Positions 28,467 to 37,157 of a DNA stretch of 64,000 nt are shown piece after piece. The position numbers and the translations under genes are program-made. Origin of the DNA: Humibacter sp. (GTDB lineage: Bacteria; Actinomycetota; Actinomycetes; Actinomycetales; Microbacteriaceae); assembly GCF_051954055.1 (NCBI RefSeq), contig NZ_JBQCIE010000092.1:152686-216685 (forward strand), written 5' to 3'. Positions within the stretch are counted from its first letter, which is position 1. Every line of letters starts with the position of its first letter. The notes beneath the pieces are model-generated. The model saw only the letters and a list, made by a program, of their open reading frames with translations, was not told the DNA's origin and did no database searches.

Positions 28467-29288
28467 GTGACGATCTCTGCCGCCGCGCGACCGACCGAGC
28501 GTATTCAGCGGTCGCCGGTCGGCCGCTACCGGCATTCGCTCTGGTTGCTGACCAAGCGCGACCTGCACGTGCGCTACGCGACGAACGCCCTCGGCTACCT
28601 GTGGTCGATCCTCGACCCGCTGCTGATGGCGGGGATCTACTACCTGGTGTTCACCGTGATCTTCCAGCGCGGCGGTGTCACCGAAGACCCGTACATCGTC
28701 TTCCTCCTCTCCGGTATGTTGCCCTGGACGTGGTTCAACGGCGCCGTGTCGGACTTCACGAGGGCGTACAGCCGCGACGCCAAGCTCATCAGGTCCGTAG
28801 CCATCCCGCGCACGATCTGGATCAACCGGATCGTGCTGAGCAAGGGCATCGAGTACCTGTTCTCGCTGCCCGTGCTGGCGTTCTTCGTGATCGTCACCGG
28901 GGCGCACGTGCATTGGCAGCTCGCGCTCATGCCGTTGGCGCTCCTCATCCAGGCGGTGCTGCTTGTCGGCCTCGGACTGCTGATCGCGCCCCTCGTGATG
29001 TTCTTCCGTGACCTCGAGCGCGTGGTCAAGCTCCTGCTGCGCCTGCTCTTCTACGTGTCCGCGGTGCTCTACCCGGCCACCGCTGTGCCGAAGGACTTTC
29101 CCATCTTCAAGGTGTTCTCCGACATCAACCCGCTGGTGGGGCTTTTCGGCATCTATCACTCGGCGTTCTTCCCTGGCGACCTCCACTGGGACCTGGTTCT
29201 CAGTTCCGCGATCGGCAGCGTGATCTTCCTGATCATCGGCTGGTTGGTCTACTCCCGCACGATCCGCAGCGTGCTGAAGGAGATGTGA
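28467..29288 (+). CDS. ABC-2-type polysaccharide/teichoic-acid export permease (TagG/Wzm-like)
   Basis: LLTKRDLHVRYATNALGYLWSILDPLLMAGIYYLVF is the typical ABC-2 N-terminal block. Six TM helices. The start is set at GTG 28467. Confidence 0.85.
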   Translation: MTISAAARPTERIQRSPVGRYRHSLWLLTKRDLHVRYATNALGYLWSILDPLLMAGIYYLVFTVIFQRGGVTEDPYIVFLLSGMLPWTWFNGAVSDFTRAYSRDAKLIRSVAIPRTIWINRIVLSKGIEYLFSLPVLAFFVIVTGAHVHWQLALMPLALLIQAVLLVGLGLLIAPLVMFFRDLERVVKLLLRLLFYVSAVLYPATAVPKDFPIFKVFSDINPLVGLFGIYHSAFFPGDLHWDLVLSSAIGSVIFLIIGWLVYSRTIRSVLKEM

Positions 29289-30040
29289 TGACGACCTCGA
29301 CCACTACCGGGACGATGATCGAAGCGACGGATGTCGGCATCCGGTTCAAGAGGAATCGTTCGTCACGCCGCAGCTTCAAAGACCTGTTCTCGTCCCGGCA
29401 ACGGCGTGCGAAGCCGGACGAGTTCTGGGCCCTGCGGCATGTGTCGTTCGCCGTCCCGGCGGGTGAAGCGGTCGGGGTTGTCGGACGCAATGGTCAGGGC
29501 AAGTCGACACTGCTCAAGCTGGTGGCCGGCGTCATCCTGCCCGACGAAGGGACCGTCGAGGTGAAGGCGGGAACGGCACCGCTGATCGAGATCACCGGCG
29601 GCTTCGTCGACGACCTCAGCGTTCGCGACAACGTGTATCTGACGGCCGGCCTGCACGGCATGTCGAAGACGGAGATCGACGAGCGGTTCGACGACATCAC
29701 CGGGTTCGCCGACATCGGCAACTTCCTGGATACGCCGTACAAGCACCTCTCGAGCGGCATGAAGGTGCGCATCGCGTTCGCCGTGATCACTCAGCTCGAC
29801 GAGCCGATCCTCATCGTGGACGAGGTGCTCGCGGTGGGTGACCGCATGTTCCGCGAGAAGTGTTACAAGCGCATCGAGGAGATGCTCGCCCAGGGCCGCA
29901 CGATGTTCTTCGTCTCGCACAACGAGAAGGAGATCCGGCGGTTCTGCACGCGCGGCCTCTATCTGAACGACCATGGGCTCGCGCTCGACTCCGACATCGA
30001 CTCGGTACTCGCTCGCTACAACAGCGACTACGGCGCCTGA
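29285..30040 (+). CDS. polysaccharide/teichoic-acid export ATP-binding protein (TagH/Wzt-like)
   Basis: GTGA overlap with the permease stop. Walker A GRNGQGKST, signature LSSGMKVR, Walker B ILIVDE. Confidence 0.85.
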   Translation: MMTTSTTTGTMIEATDVGIRFKRNRSSRRSFKDLFSSRQRRAKPDEFWALRHVSFAVPAGEAVGVVGRNGQGKSTLLKLVAGVILPDEGTVEVKAGTAPLIEITGGFVDDLSVRDNVYLTAGLHGMSKTEIDERFDDITGFADIGNFLDTPYKHLSSGMKVRIAFAVITQLDEPILIVDEVLAVGDRMFREKCYKRIEEMLAQGRTMFFVSHNEKEIRRFCTRGLYLNDHGLALDSDIDSVLARYNSDYGA

Positions 30041-30090
30041 CGCCTCGCCAGGGCGGCTCTCTCCGTCCACAGCGGACTTGCCGCGCACGT

Positions 30091-30105
30091 CATCCACAGT
30101 GGATG
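30091..30105. promoter_or_regulatory. 15-bp perfect palindrome CATCCAC-A-GTGGATG upstream of hypothetical gene (candidate operator)
   Basis: Perfect 7-1-7 palindrome 35 bp upstream of ATG 30140. A related half-degenerate copy, tccacagcgga, lies at 30066-30076. Confidence 0.3.
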
Positions 30106-30139
30106 CCGGCGCGTCGGATGCCCCGCCTAGCCTGCCCGC

Positions 30140-30445
30140 ATGACCACGACTCGACCCGACGAGACCTCCGACGACTCGACCCTCGCGTACCCCGTCCCGT
30201 TCGCCTTCGATCGCAGCACTCCCCCGCGCTACCGGCTCCGCAACGCCAGCCTCGAGACGCTCACCGGTGTGCGCTTCTCACTCCTCGGGGCTGGCAGCAT
30301 GCCTGTGCAGGCACCAATCACGCTTGAACCCGGCGCGGTAGCCGAGATCCCGATCCACGGCCACGACCTCGCACGCTCGACGGTGCTGGTCGTGCGTTGG
30401 CACCGAACGAACGGCGACGAGTACCTGTGGCGCGCGAGCTTCTGA
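30140..30445 (+). CDS. hypothetical protein (101 aa)
   Basis: ORF with strongly GC-biased third positions. No motif recognised. Predicted beta-rich (VRFSLLGAGSMPVQAPITLEPGAVAEIPIHG). Confidence 0.5.
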   Translation: MTTTRPDETSDDSTLAYPVPFAFDRSTPPRYRLRNASLETLTGVRFSLLGAGSMPVQAPITLEPGAVAEIPIHGHDLARSTVLVVRWHRTNGDEYLWRASF

Positions 30446-30452
30446 CCTGGCC

Positions 30453-30752
30453 TCAGCGCATCCGTTCGCGCGCTTCGAGCCACTCCTTGGCGGTCACGTT
30501 GTGGTGGCGGCCCGGATAGTCCGCAGTCGTCAGCCCATGCAGCAGCTCGCCCGGCTCGATTCCGAGAACGGTGGAGATGCGAATGATCGTCTCCATGTTC
30601 GGGTTCGCTCGGCCTCGTTCGAGCTTGCCGTAGTTGGTCGGGTGGATTTCCGCGAGGTGCGCAACCTCTTCCTGGCTCAGCGCCAGCCCGGTGCGGATGG
30701 CGCGCAGCCGCTTTCCAAAGACGCCTGCGGCGTTGGAGTACGGCTCGACCAC
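30453..30752 (-). CDS. XRE-family helix-turn-helix transcriptional regulator
   Basis: HTH_3 core: FGKRLRAIRTGLALSQEEVAHLAEIHPTNYGKLERGRANPNMETIIRISTVLGIEPGELL. Confidence 0.85.
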   Translation of the reverse strand: MVEPYSNAAGVFGKRLRAIRTGLALSQEEVAHLAEIHPTNYGKLERGRANPNMETIIRISTVLGIEPGELLHGLTTADYPGRHHNVTAKEWLEARERMR

Positions 30753-30834
30753 GCCTTCTTGTCTACGAATCGGGAAGCGTTCGCATCCAGAGTGTTCGTG
30801 CCCGGTCCCTTCCGCTCAAGAGTGCGGGGCACCG

Positions 30835-31458
30835 CTATTCCTCGGACTCGAGCTCGGTCGCGTAGCGTTCGATGATGATCTCGGCCGCGTCGTCGAGGGT
30901 GTCCTGTGGCAGACCGAGCTCTGAGCGGACTCGCGCACGGCCGATCAGCATCGACTCGTACTGCGACTCGGTACCGGGCACGTTGCCGCTGTCCATGGCG
31001 CGGATGCCCATCGAGTACCAGCGTTGAGCCTGCTTGAACTCGTCGACGAGTTCGAAGAGGCCGCCGAGAACCAGGAACGTGTTGACCAGGCGGGGCGACT
31101 CCTTGCGCAGGACGTCCGCGAGCTCGAGTGCGGCATCCGTCTGGCCACCCTGATAGAGCGCCTGCACGATCAGCGCGCGAGGATCGACGTAGGCGGGACC
31201 GCCGTCGTCGCGGGCCGCCTCGTACATGCGCAAGGCCTCGACGTGATTGCCGGCGTAGCCGTAATCCTCCCCCGCCTCGATGAGCACGGCCGCACGGGAG
31301 ACGTCGTCTGCGAGCCGGAAGCGGTCGGGCTCCGTCGCCCACGCACGCAGTGTCTCGGCGATGGAGCCGTCCACTCGATCGGCGCGAAGGCGCACGTCGT
31401 CGAAGTCGTTCTGGGTGATCAGGCGAGGCACCCGGCCAGCATAGGAGAATCCGGCCAT
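30835..31458 (-). CDS. hypothetical cytoplasmic protein, helical-repeat (TPR-like?)
   Basis: The start is set at ATG 31458; the longer track ORF is an artefact. Alpha-helical composition with Ala/Leu/Tyr spacing reminiscent of TPR (HVEALRMYEAA, QALYQGGQTDAALELADVL). No firm family call. Confidence 0.45.
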   Translation of the reverse strand: MAGFSYAGRVPRLITQNDFDDVRLRADRVDGSIAETLRAWATEPDRFRLADDVSRAAVLIEAGEDYGYAGNHVEALRMYEAARDDGGPAYVDPRALIVQALYQGGQTDAALELADVLRKESPRLVNTFLVLGGLFELVDEFKQAQRWYSMGIRAMDSGNVPGTESQYESMLIGRARVRSELGLPQDTLDDAAEIIIERYATELESEE

Positions 31459-31521
31459 GGCGGCGGTTCCAGGCATTCCTATGCGGCGTGGGGAATGTGC
31501 GCCGTCCCTAGACTCGAATGC

Positions 31522-32316
31522 ATGGCTCGCTCGAAGAAGGTCAAGCCGTTCGTCGGTGTCACCGGCACGAGCACAACTCGCGGTGTCACCATTCCGACCC
31601 GCATCAATCGAGGCGTCGACCGCTTTCTCGCTGTGCAGCGACCGGTCGTGCTGGCGCACCTGCGGAGCATCAGGCGCAGGCATCCGGATGCCACGCCCGA
31701 CGAGGTCGCGTACCTCGTCGGCCGCCGTTACCTGGCCGCCGTCACGACGAGCGGCGCAGCGGTCGGGACGACGGCCGTCATCCCGGCCGTAGGGACGGTC
31801 ACCACGCTGGCGCTCTCGGCGGTGGAGACGGCCGCGTTCTTGGAGGCAACGGCACTGTTCGCGCAGTCCATCGCCGAACTGCACGGCCTGCCGGTCGACG
31901 ATCCGGAACGCGCCCGTGCCTTGGTGCTGGCGCTCATGCTCGGCAAGGAGGGCTCCAACCTCGTTCGTCAATGGGGCCGCGAGCTGACCGAGAAGGAGGT
32001 CACGCGCGAGGTGTACTGGCGGCAGGTTGTGTCCAACAGCATCCCCCGCGTGGTCATCGGCCCACTCGTGCAACGCCTGCAGTCGGCAGCGGCGAAACGG
32101 CTCGCGACGACAGGGACGGCGAGCGTCCTCGGCAAGGCGCTTCCGTTCGGGGTCGGGGCCGTCGTGGGCGGAGCGGGAAACCGCATCACGGGATCAAGGG
32201 TCGTCCACTCGGCGCACATCGCGTTCCGATCGCTGCCGCAGGCGTTCCCTGCGGGGCTGGACGTGGCGGTCAGCGAGAACGCTGCCGATGACGCCGAGTT
32301 GGTCGTGACCGAGTAG
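31522..32316 (+). CDS. hypothetical protein (EcsC-like architecture?)
   Basis: The start is set at ATG 31522, divergent from the previous gene. Contains Gly/Ala/Thr-rich amphipathic segments (AAVGTTAVIPAVGTVTTLALSAVETAAFLEATALFAQSIAELHG). The family guess is weak. Confidence 0.5.
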   Translation: MARSKKVKPFVGVTGTSTTRGVTIPTRINRGVDRFLAVQRPVVLAHLRSIRRRHPDATPDEVAYLVGRRYLAAVTTSGAAVGTTAVIPAVGTVTTLALSAVETAAFLEATALFAQSIAELHGLPVDDPERARALVLALMLGKEGSNLVRQWGRELTEKEVTREVYWRQVVSNSIPRVVIGPLVQRLQSAAAKRLATTGTASVLGKALPFGVGAVVGGAGNRITGSRVVHSAHIAFRSLPQAFPAGLDVAVSENAADDAELVVTE

Positions 32317-32383
32317 AGCGGGTTTCGATACGCGCGCCGCTACGCGACGCGCTACTCAACCCGCGAGCCGGACCGTCGTGCAG

Positions 32384-33259
32384 TCAGACCACCGGAGGGC
32401 GGCCCGCCAGAGTCATCCGCCACACCGTGCGCCAGCGGAGCGGGCGCCGCTCCCCCGGGTCGTTCCGCCAGCCGGCCGCCCAGCCGGCGAACCACGGGCG
32501 CAGCGTCTTCGGATTGCGAGCGCCGCGCAGAAGCTGCACGGCCGTCCAGGTCGCGACATACACCGGTGCGAGCACGGCGGGCAGGTTGCGCCTCGCCACC
32601 CACACCCGGTTCCGGGCGTTGCGCCAGTAGAAGTCCGTGTGCCTGGTCGTGGGCACGTTGGGATGCCTCGCCTCGAGATCGCCTGCGTACCAGGCACGCC
32701 TGCCCTGATCCCACACGCGCCATGCGAGCTCGATGCCCTCGTGCGCGTAGAAGAACGGGCCGGCCCATCCGCCTGCCGTCTCGAACACGCTCCGCGGCAT
32801 CACGATGGCGCCCTCGACGAGCGAGAAGACGGCGCTCGGCCGGGCCGGATCGCCCTTGCGCATGCGAGGAACCCAACGGCGCGGTGGCACGGAGTCGTCG
32901 ATCGTGCGCACCCGTGGTTGGAGCACTCCGATCGTGCGATCGGCACGGAAGCGGGCAATCGCATCCGCCAGGAACGTCTCGGACTCGACGTACTCGTCGT
33001 CGTCCAGGAAGAACAGGAACTCGCCCGTGGTCTCCGGCACGCCGGCGTTGCGGCCAGCCGGAATGCCGAGGTTCTCGGGCAGTCCCAGCCCCTTCACGCC
33101 GCCCGGCAGACCGGTCGGCTGCCACCCGTTTCCCACACAGACGATGTCCACCTCGACATCGCGCTGAGCGAGCACGGATGCCAGTGCGCGCGAGAGCTCT
33201 TCCGGTCGCGTTCCCTGCGTCAGCACGACGACACCGACCGTGGGCACGCCGGAGCTCAT
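32384..33259 (-). CDS. glycosyltransferase family 2
   Basis: ATGA overlap with the upstream stop. Motifs VGVVVLTQG, NLGIPAGRNAG, and the DxD region FFLDDDEY. Confidence 0.85.
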   Translation of the reverse strand: MSSGVPTVGVVVLTQGTRPEELSRALASVLAQRDVEVDIVCVGNGWQPTGLPGGVKGLGLPENLGIPAGRNAGVPETTGEFLFFLDDDEYVESETFLADAIARFRADRTIGVLQPRVRTIDDSVPPRRWVPRMRKGDPARPSAVFSLVEGAIVMPRSVFETAGGWAGPFFYAHEGIELAWRVWDQGRRAWYAGDLEARHPNVPTTRHTDFYWRNARNRVWVARRNLPAVLAPVYVATWTAVQLLRGARNPKTLRPWFAGWAAGWRNDPGERRPLRWRTVWRMTLAGRPPVV

Positions 33260-34065
33260 GACTTGAGCCGCTTGGAGCTCATGATCGCCAGGAAGTGACC
33301 GATCAGCGCCAGGATCGCGAATGCGAGCAGGACGACGAGGTAGACCCGCTCCGTGACAGGCGAACCCGTGAAGAGAGCGATCACGGCGACGACGAACGTG
33401 AGCAGCGTGAGCTCCACCGAGTGGAACATCCGATGGAACGGGAAGAACTTCACCGCACGGCGGGCCACCGCGATGAGGCGATGCTGCGGGGCAGCATCCG
33501 CCTCGGCGTTGCCCAGCCGCGGCAGACCGGCATAGGCGCGCGCTACCCGGGTGAGGTCGTTCAGCGCCTTGTTGAGCACGAGCACGAGGGCGAGCGCGAA
33601 GCCGAGCGTCGTCCACAGGTAGTCATCAGGCGTCTGGAACGGCCAACCGGCCGCTCGCAGACCGAGCACGATCGCAATGAACGTCTCCGTGGAGTAGTGG
33701 CCGACGGCATCCAGAAAGTGCCCCGCGGGCGATGAGCTGTTGCGCCACCTGGCCACCTCGCCGTCACAGCAGTCGAACAGCATCTGCAGCTGGCCGAGCA
33801 CGACGGCGATCAATGCTCCCCAGAAACCGGGGATGAGCAGGGCAGCGGCGGTGAGCCATCCGCTCAGGATCATGAACCCGGTCACACCGTTCGCGCTGAT
33901 GCGCGTCTTCAGCAGGCTCCAGGTGAGGTACGGCGAGATGTCGCGCAGGTAGAGGTGCGCCGTCCAGTGCTCGGCGTTGCGCCGCTGCCGCACCTCGGGC
34001 GGCTGCGTCACCTCGCGCAGCTGAGCGATCGACGCCGGCCGGCGATAGGAATCCGAAGCCGACAC
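33256..34065 (-). CDS. CDP-alcohol phosphatidyltransferase-family membrane protein (variant signature)
   Basis: The signature reads DCCDGEVAR-WRNSSSPA-G-HFL-D-AVG-H (nt 33697-33774). This is D-x2-DG-x2-AR-x8-G-x3-D-x3 with His (CAC) where the canonical last Asp sits. Multi-TM protein. Confidence 0.8.
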   Translation of the reverse strand: MSASDSYRRPASIAQLREVTQPPEVRQRRNAEHWTAHLYLRDISPYLTWSLLKTRISANGVTGFMILSGWLTAAALLIPGFWGALIAVVLGQLQMLFDCCDGEVARWRNSSSPAGHFLDAVGHYSTETFIAIVLGLRAAGWPFQTPDDYLWTTLGFALALVLVLNKALNDLTRVARAYAGLPRLGNAEADAAPQHRLIAVARRAVKFFPFHRMFHSVELTLLTFVVAVIALFTGSPVTERVYLVVLLAFAILALIGHFLAIMSSKRLKS

Positions 34066-34066
34066 A

Positions 34067-35146
34067 CTACCTCCCGGATCGGCTGTGCAGGTCGTGCGAC
34101 AGCTCGAAGAAGCCCCCGATGAAGCCGACGCCCCAGCTCAGGTGGATCGTCGGAACGACGATGACGAATCGCAGCATAGCGGCGGCCCCGTCTCGGGAGC
34201 CGATGGCGAACGCCGCAGCGAGGACGAACAGCAGGTAAAGCACCGGCACGGCGAACGCGAGGGTGAGCCAGCCGAGCGGTGCGCCGATGATCAGCCCTGC
34301 AATGCCGAGCAGCCCTACGATGATGGCGGCCGCGAGCAGAACGACGAGCACCGGCGGTGCAAGGTAGCGCAACGAGTTCGCCGAAGGGAAGCGGCGCACG
34401 AGTTCGCCTCGCCACATGCCCGTGGCGAAGAACTGGTTGACGAGCGATCGGATGCTCGACCGCGGCTGATACGTCACCACCAGTCGCGGAGTGAACCACA
34501 CGATTCCGCCCGCCGCCCGCAGACGACGGTTGAGCTCCCAGTCCTGGCCGCGTCGCACCGCCTCGTCGAAGAGTCCCGCCGCTTCGAGGCGGTCACGGCG
34601 GAACGAGCCGAGGTACGCCGTCTGCGCCGGCCCTTCCTTGCCGCCGACGTGGTGCTGCGTGCCGCCGAGGCCGATGCGCGAACGGTAGGCCCGGGCGACG
34701 GCCTTCTCGAACGGGGTCGTGCCGCGGGCATCCATCAGTCCGCCGACGTTGTCGGCGCCCGTCCGCTGCAGCGTCTCAACAGCGACGCGGGTATAGTCCG
34801 GCGGCAGCAGCGAGTGGGCGTCGACGCGCACCACGACCGGATACGAGGATGCCCTGATCGCCGCGTTGAGCCCGGCGGACGTGGATGCGGCCGGATTGGG
34901 CACGACGCGCACGTTCGGATGCTCGCGCGACAGCTGTTCGAGAACCTGCTCCGTGCCATCGGTGCTGGGGCCGACCGCGAGCGTGATGTCGTAGGGGCCC
35001 TGGTAGTCCTGAGCCAGAAGACGCTCGACCGCGGCGCGCACGTACGGCGCTTCGTTCAGCACCGGCATCACGTACGAGACACCTGGGAGTGCACCCGCCC
35101 TGTCGAGGGCGCTTTCGGCGCCTGAACTGCTGGCTTCGCCCATCAC
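34067..35146 (-). CDS. glycosyltransferase family 2 with C-terminal TM segments
   Basis: Motifs VSYVMPVLNEAPYV, VVRVDAH, QDWELNRRL. C-terminal hydrophobic helices. Confidence 0.85.
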   Translation of the reverse strand: MMGEASSSGAESALDRAGALPGVSYVMPVLNEAPYVRAAVERLLAQDYQGPYDITLAVGPSTDGTEQVLEQLSREHPNVRVVPNPAASTSAGLNAAIRASSYPVVVRVDAHSLLPPDYTRVAVETLQRTGADNVGGLMDARGTTPFEKAVARAYRSRIGLGGTQHHVGGKEGPAQTAYLGSFRRDRLEAAGLFDEAVRRGQDWELNRRLRAAGGIVWFTPRLVVTYQPRSSIRSLVNQFFATGMWRGELVRRFPSANSLRYLAPPVLVVLLAAAIIVGLLGIAGLIIGAPLGWLTLAFAVPVLYLLFVLAAAFAIGSRDGAAAMLRFVIVVPTIHLSWGVGFIGGFFELSHDLHSRSGR

Positions 35147-35235
35147 ATCCGCTCGTCGAACCGTCGGCTCAGCCTATCAGCGACCGGAAAGGACGCTGAG
35201 CGAGCAAGAGACACACGACCGCCGGTCGAGCTGGC

Positions 35236-35262
35236 CGAAACCGTGTGTACGGAGTGGTTTCG
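35236..35262 (-). terminator. stem-loop downstream of htrA-like gene
   Basis: cgaaacc-(13 nt)-ggtttcg lies 33 nt beyond the htrA stop. The stem is only 7 bp and there is no U-tract, hence the low confidence. Confidence 0.3.
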
Positions 35263-35294
35263 ACCTGCTCAACCGGCGGCAGGAGGTATGGTCC

Positions 35295-36995
35295 TCAGTC
35301 AGTGGACAGGGTGCCGAGTGTGACGTCGACCTGCTGGGTCTGGCCGCCTCGGTCGTAGGTGAGGGTGGCCTTGCTGCCACCGGCCAGCGCGCGAACCTGC
35401 GCGGTGAGGTCGGTGGAGTCGGTGATCGGCTTGCCGTTGAAGTTGGTGACGATGTCACCGGCCTTCAGGCCCGCGTTCGCCGCCGCACCACCGGAGCTGA
35501 CCGACTTGATCAGCGCACCGACCGTCGTCGCGTTGCTGTCCGACGTCGAGTCGGTGACGGTCGCGCCGAGCAGACCGCTCGTCGCCTTGCCGTCCTTGAT
35601 GATGTCGTTCGCGACGCGCTGCGCAACGTTCGACGGGATGGCGAAGCCGACGCCGATGCTTCCGGACTGACCGCTCGAGTCGCTCGACGAGTTCGCGCTC
35701 GCGATCGCGACGTTGATGCCCATCACCTGGCCCTTGCCGTTGAGCAGGGGGCCGCCGGAGTTGCCAGGGTTGATGGCGGCATCCGTCTGGATGACGGGGA
35801 GCGAGATCGTGCTCTGCGCCGACGACTTGCCGCTGCTGCCGCCGCCGTTCTGGTCGAAGTTCCAGAAGTTGAACGGGCTGTTGCCGCCCTGGTCCTGCTG
35901 GTCCTGCTTCGGGGCGGCGGACGACGCGATCGAGATGCTGCGGTTCAGCGAACTCACGATGCCGTTGGTCACCGTGCCGGACAGGCCGAGCGGGGCGCCG
36001 ATCGCGATCGTCTGGTCGCCGACGTTCACCTTGTCCGAGTTCGCGAACGTGACAGGGGTGAGACCACTGGCGTTCTGCAGCTTGATCACCGCAAGGTCGA
36101 GCACCGGGTCGGTGCCGACCACCTTCGCCTTGTAGATCTTGCCGTCGTTCGTCGTCACACTCACCGTCGGGTTACCGGTCGACCCATCCAAGGTGACCAC
36201 GTGCGTGTTCGTCAGGATGTAGCCATCCGAACTGAGGATCACGCCTGACCCGGTGCCAGCCTCCTGGCTGCCCGAGACGTTGATGGTGACCACGCTCGGG
36301 CTCACCTTCGACGCCACGGCCGTGACGTTCGTGGCGGTCTGCGGATCATTCACCGTGACGTTGGTCGCGCCCGTGGATGCCACCGGCCTGCCCGTGTTCG
36401 AGTTCGCCGCGTAGATCCCCACGACGCCGGCGCCTACGCCCCCACCGAGGAGACCTGCGAGCACGAATCCGGTGATCAGGAGCCCGGCGCGGTTGCCCTT
36501 GCCGTCCTTCTGCTTGGCCGGCTTCGACGCCTCCTGCTGCTGGGTGGCGTAGGGCTGCTGGCCCGCGTAGGTGGGCTGCCCGAATGCTCCGTGCTGGGGC
36601 GGCTGCTGACCGCTCTGCTGCCCTGCGTACTGGTAGTGGCCGGGCTGCTGGGGGTAGCCGGGCTGCTGACCGTAGTGGTAGCCCTGCTGCGCATAAGGGT
36701 TCTGCGAGCCCTGGTCAGGCTGATGCGGTGCCGGCGGGGCCGCGTTGTACGGCGGCAGCTGCTCCGTCGGCTGGGTCTGGTTGGCCTGCGTGTCGTGCGC
36801 GGGCTGCTCTGGCGCGGCCTGCTCAGAGGCGGGCTGGGCTGCCGCGGCCTGCTCCGCAGGAGGCTGCTCCGCTGCAGGCTGCGCGTCGGAGGTGTGCTCG
36901 GCGGCCTGCGCCGAGTCGGCAACCGAGTCCTGCGCGGGCGGCTGCTGCGGTGCCGTCTCCGGCGTCTCCGCGGGATCCTTCGGTGTGTCGGTCAT
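35295..36995 (-). CDS. HtrA/DegP-family trypsin-like serine protease with PDZ domain and Q/P/Y/G-rich N-terminal region
   Basis: ATG 36995 is preceded by ggaaggag. Triad contexts are LTNTHVV (His), DLAVIKL (Asp) and GNSGGPLL (Ser). C-terminal PDZ (AGLKAGDIVTNFNGKPI). One TM helix follows a ~170-aa low-complexity cytoplasmic head. Confidence 0.9.
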   Translation of the reverse strand: MTDTPKDPAETPETAPQQPPAQDSVADSAQAAEHTSDAQPAAEQPPAEQAAAAQPASEQAAPEQPAHDTQANQTQPTEQLPPYNAAPPAPHQPDQGSQNPYAQQGYHYGQQPGYPQQPGHYQYAGQQSGQQPPQHGAFGQPTYAGQQPYATQQQEASKPAKQKDGKGNRAGLLITGFVLAGLLGGGVGAGVVGIYAANSNTGRPVASTGATNVTVNDPQTATNVTAVASKVSPSVVTINVSGSQEAGTGSGVILSSDGYILTNTHVVTLDGSTGNPTVSVTTNDGKIYKAKVVGTDPVLDLAVIKLQNASGLTPVTFANSDKVNVGDQTIAIGAPLGLSGTVTNGIVSSLNRSISIASSAAPKQDQQDQGGNSPFNFWNFDQNGGGSSGKSSAQSTISLPVIQTDAAINPGNSGGPLLNGKGQVMGINVAIASANSSSDSSGQSGSIGVGFAIPSNVAQRVANDIIKDGKATSGLLGATVTDSTSDSNATTVGALIKSVSSGGAAANAGLKAGDIVTNFNGKPITDSTDLTAQVRALAGGSKATLTYDRGGQTQQVDVTLGTLSTD

Positions 36996-37157
36996 CTGTG
37001 GTGCTCCTTCCAAGCACTTCAAGCATCCGCTTTCATGCTGGGCATGGATTATGGGCAATCTGTGAACGGACTAGAACAATCCCATGGGAGCGGCATGAGC
37101 GGTTGACCGCCGCGCCGTGGCCGCGCACCGCGATCCGGATGTCACAACATCTGCGCG

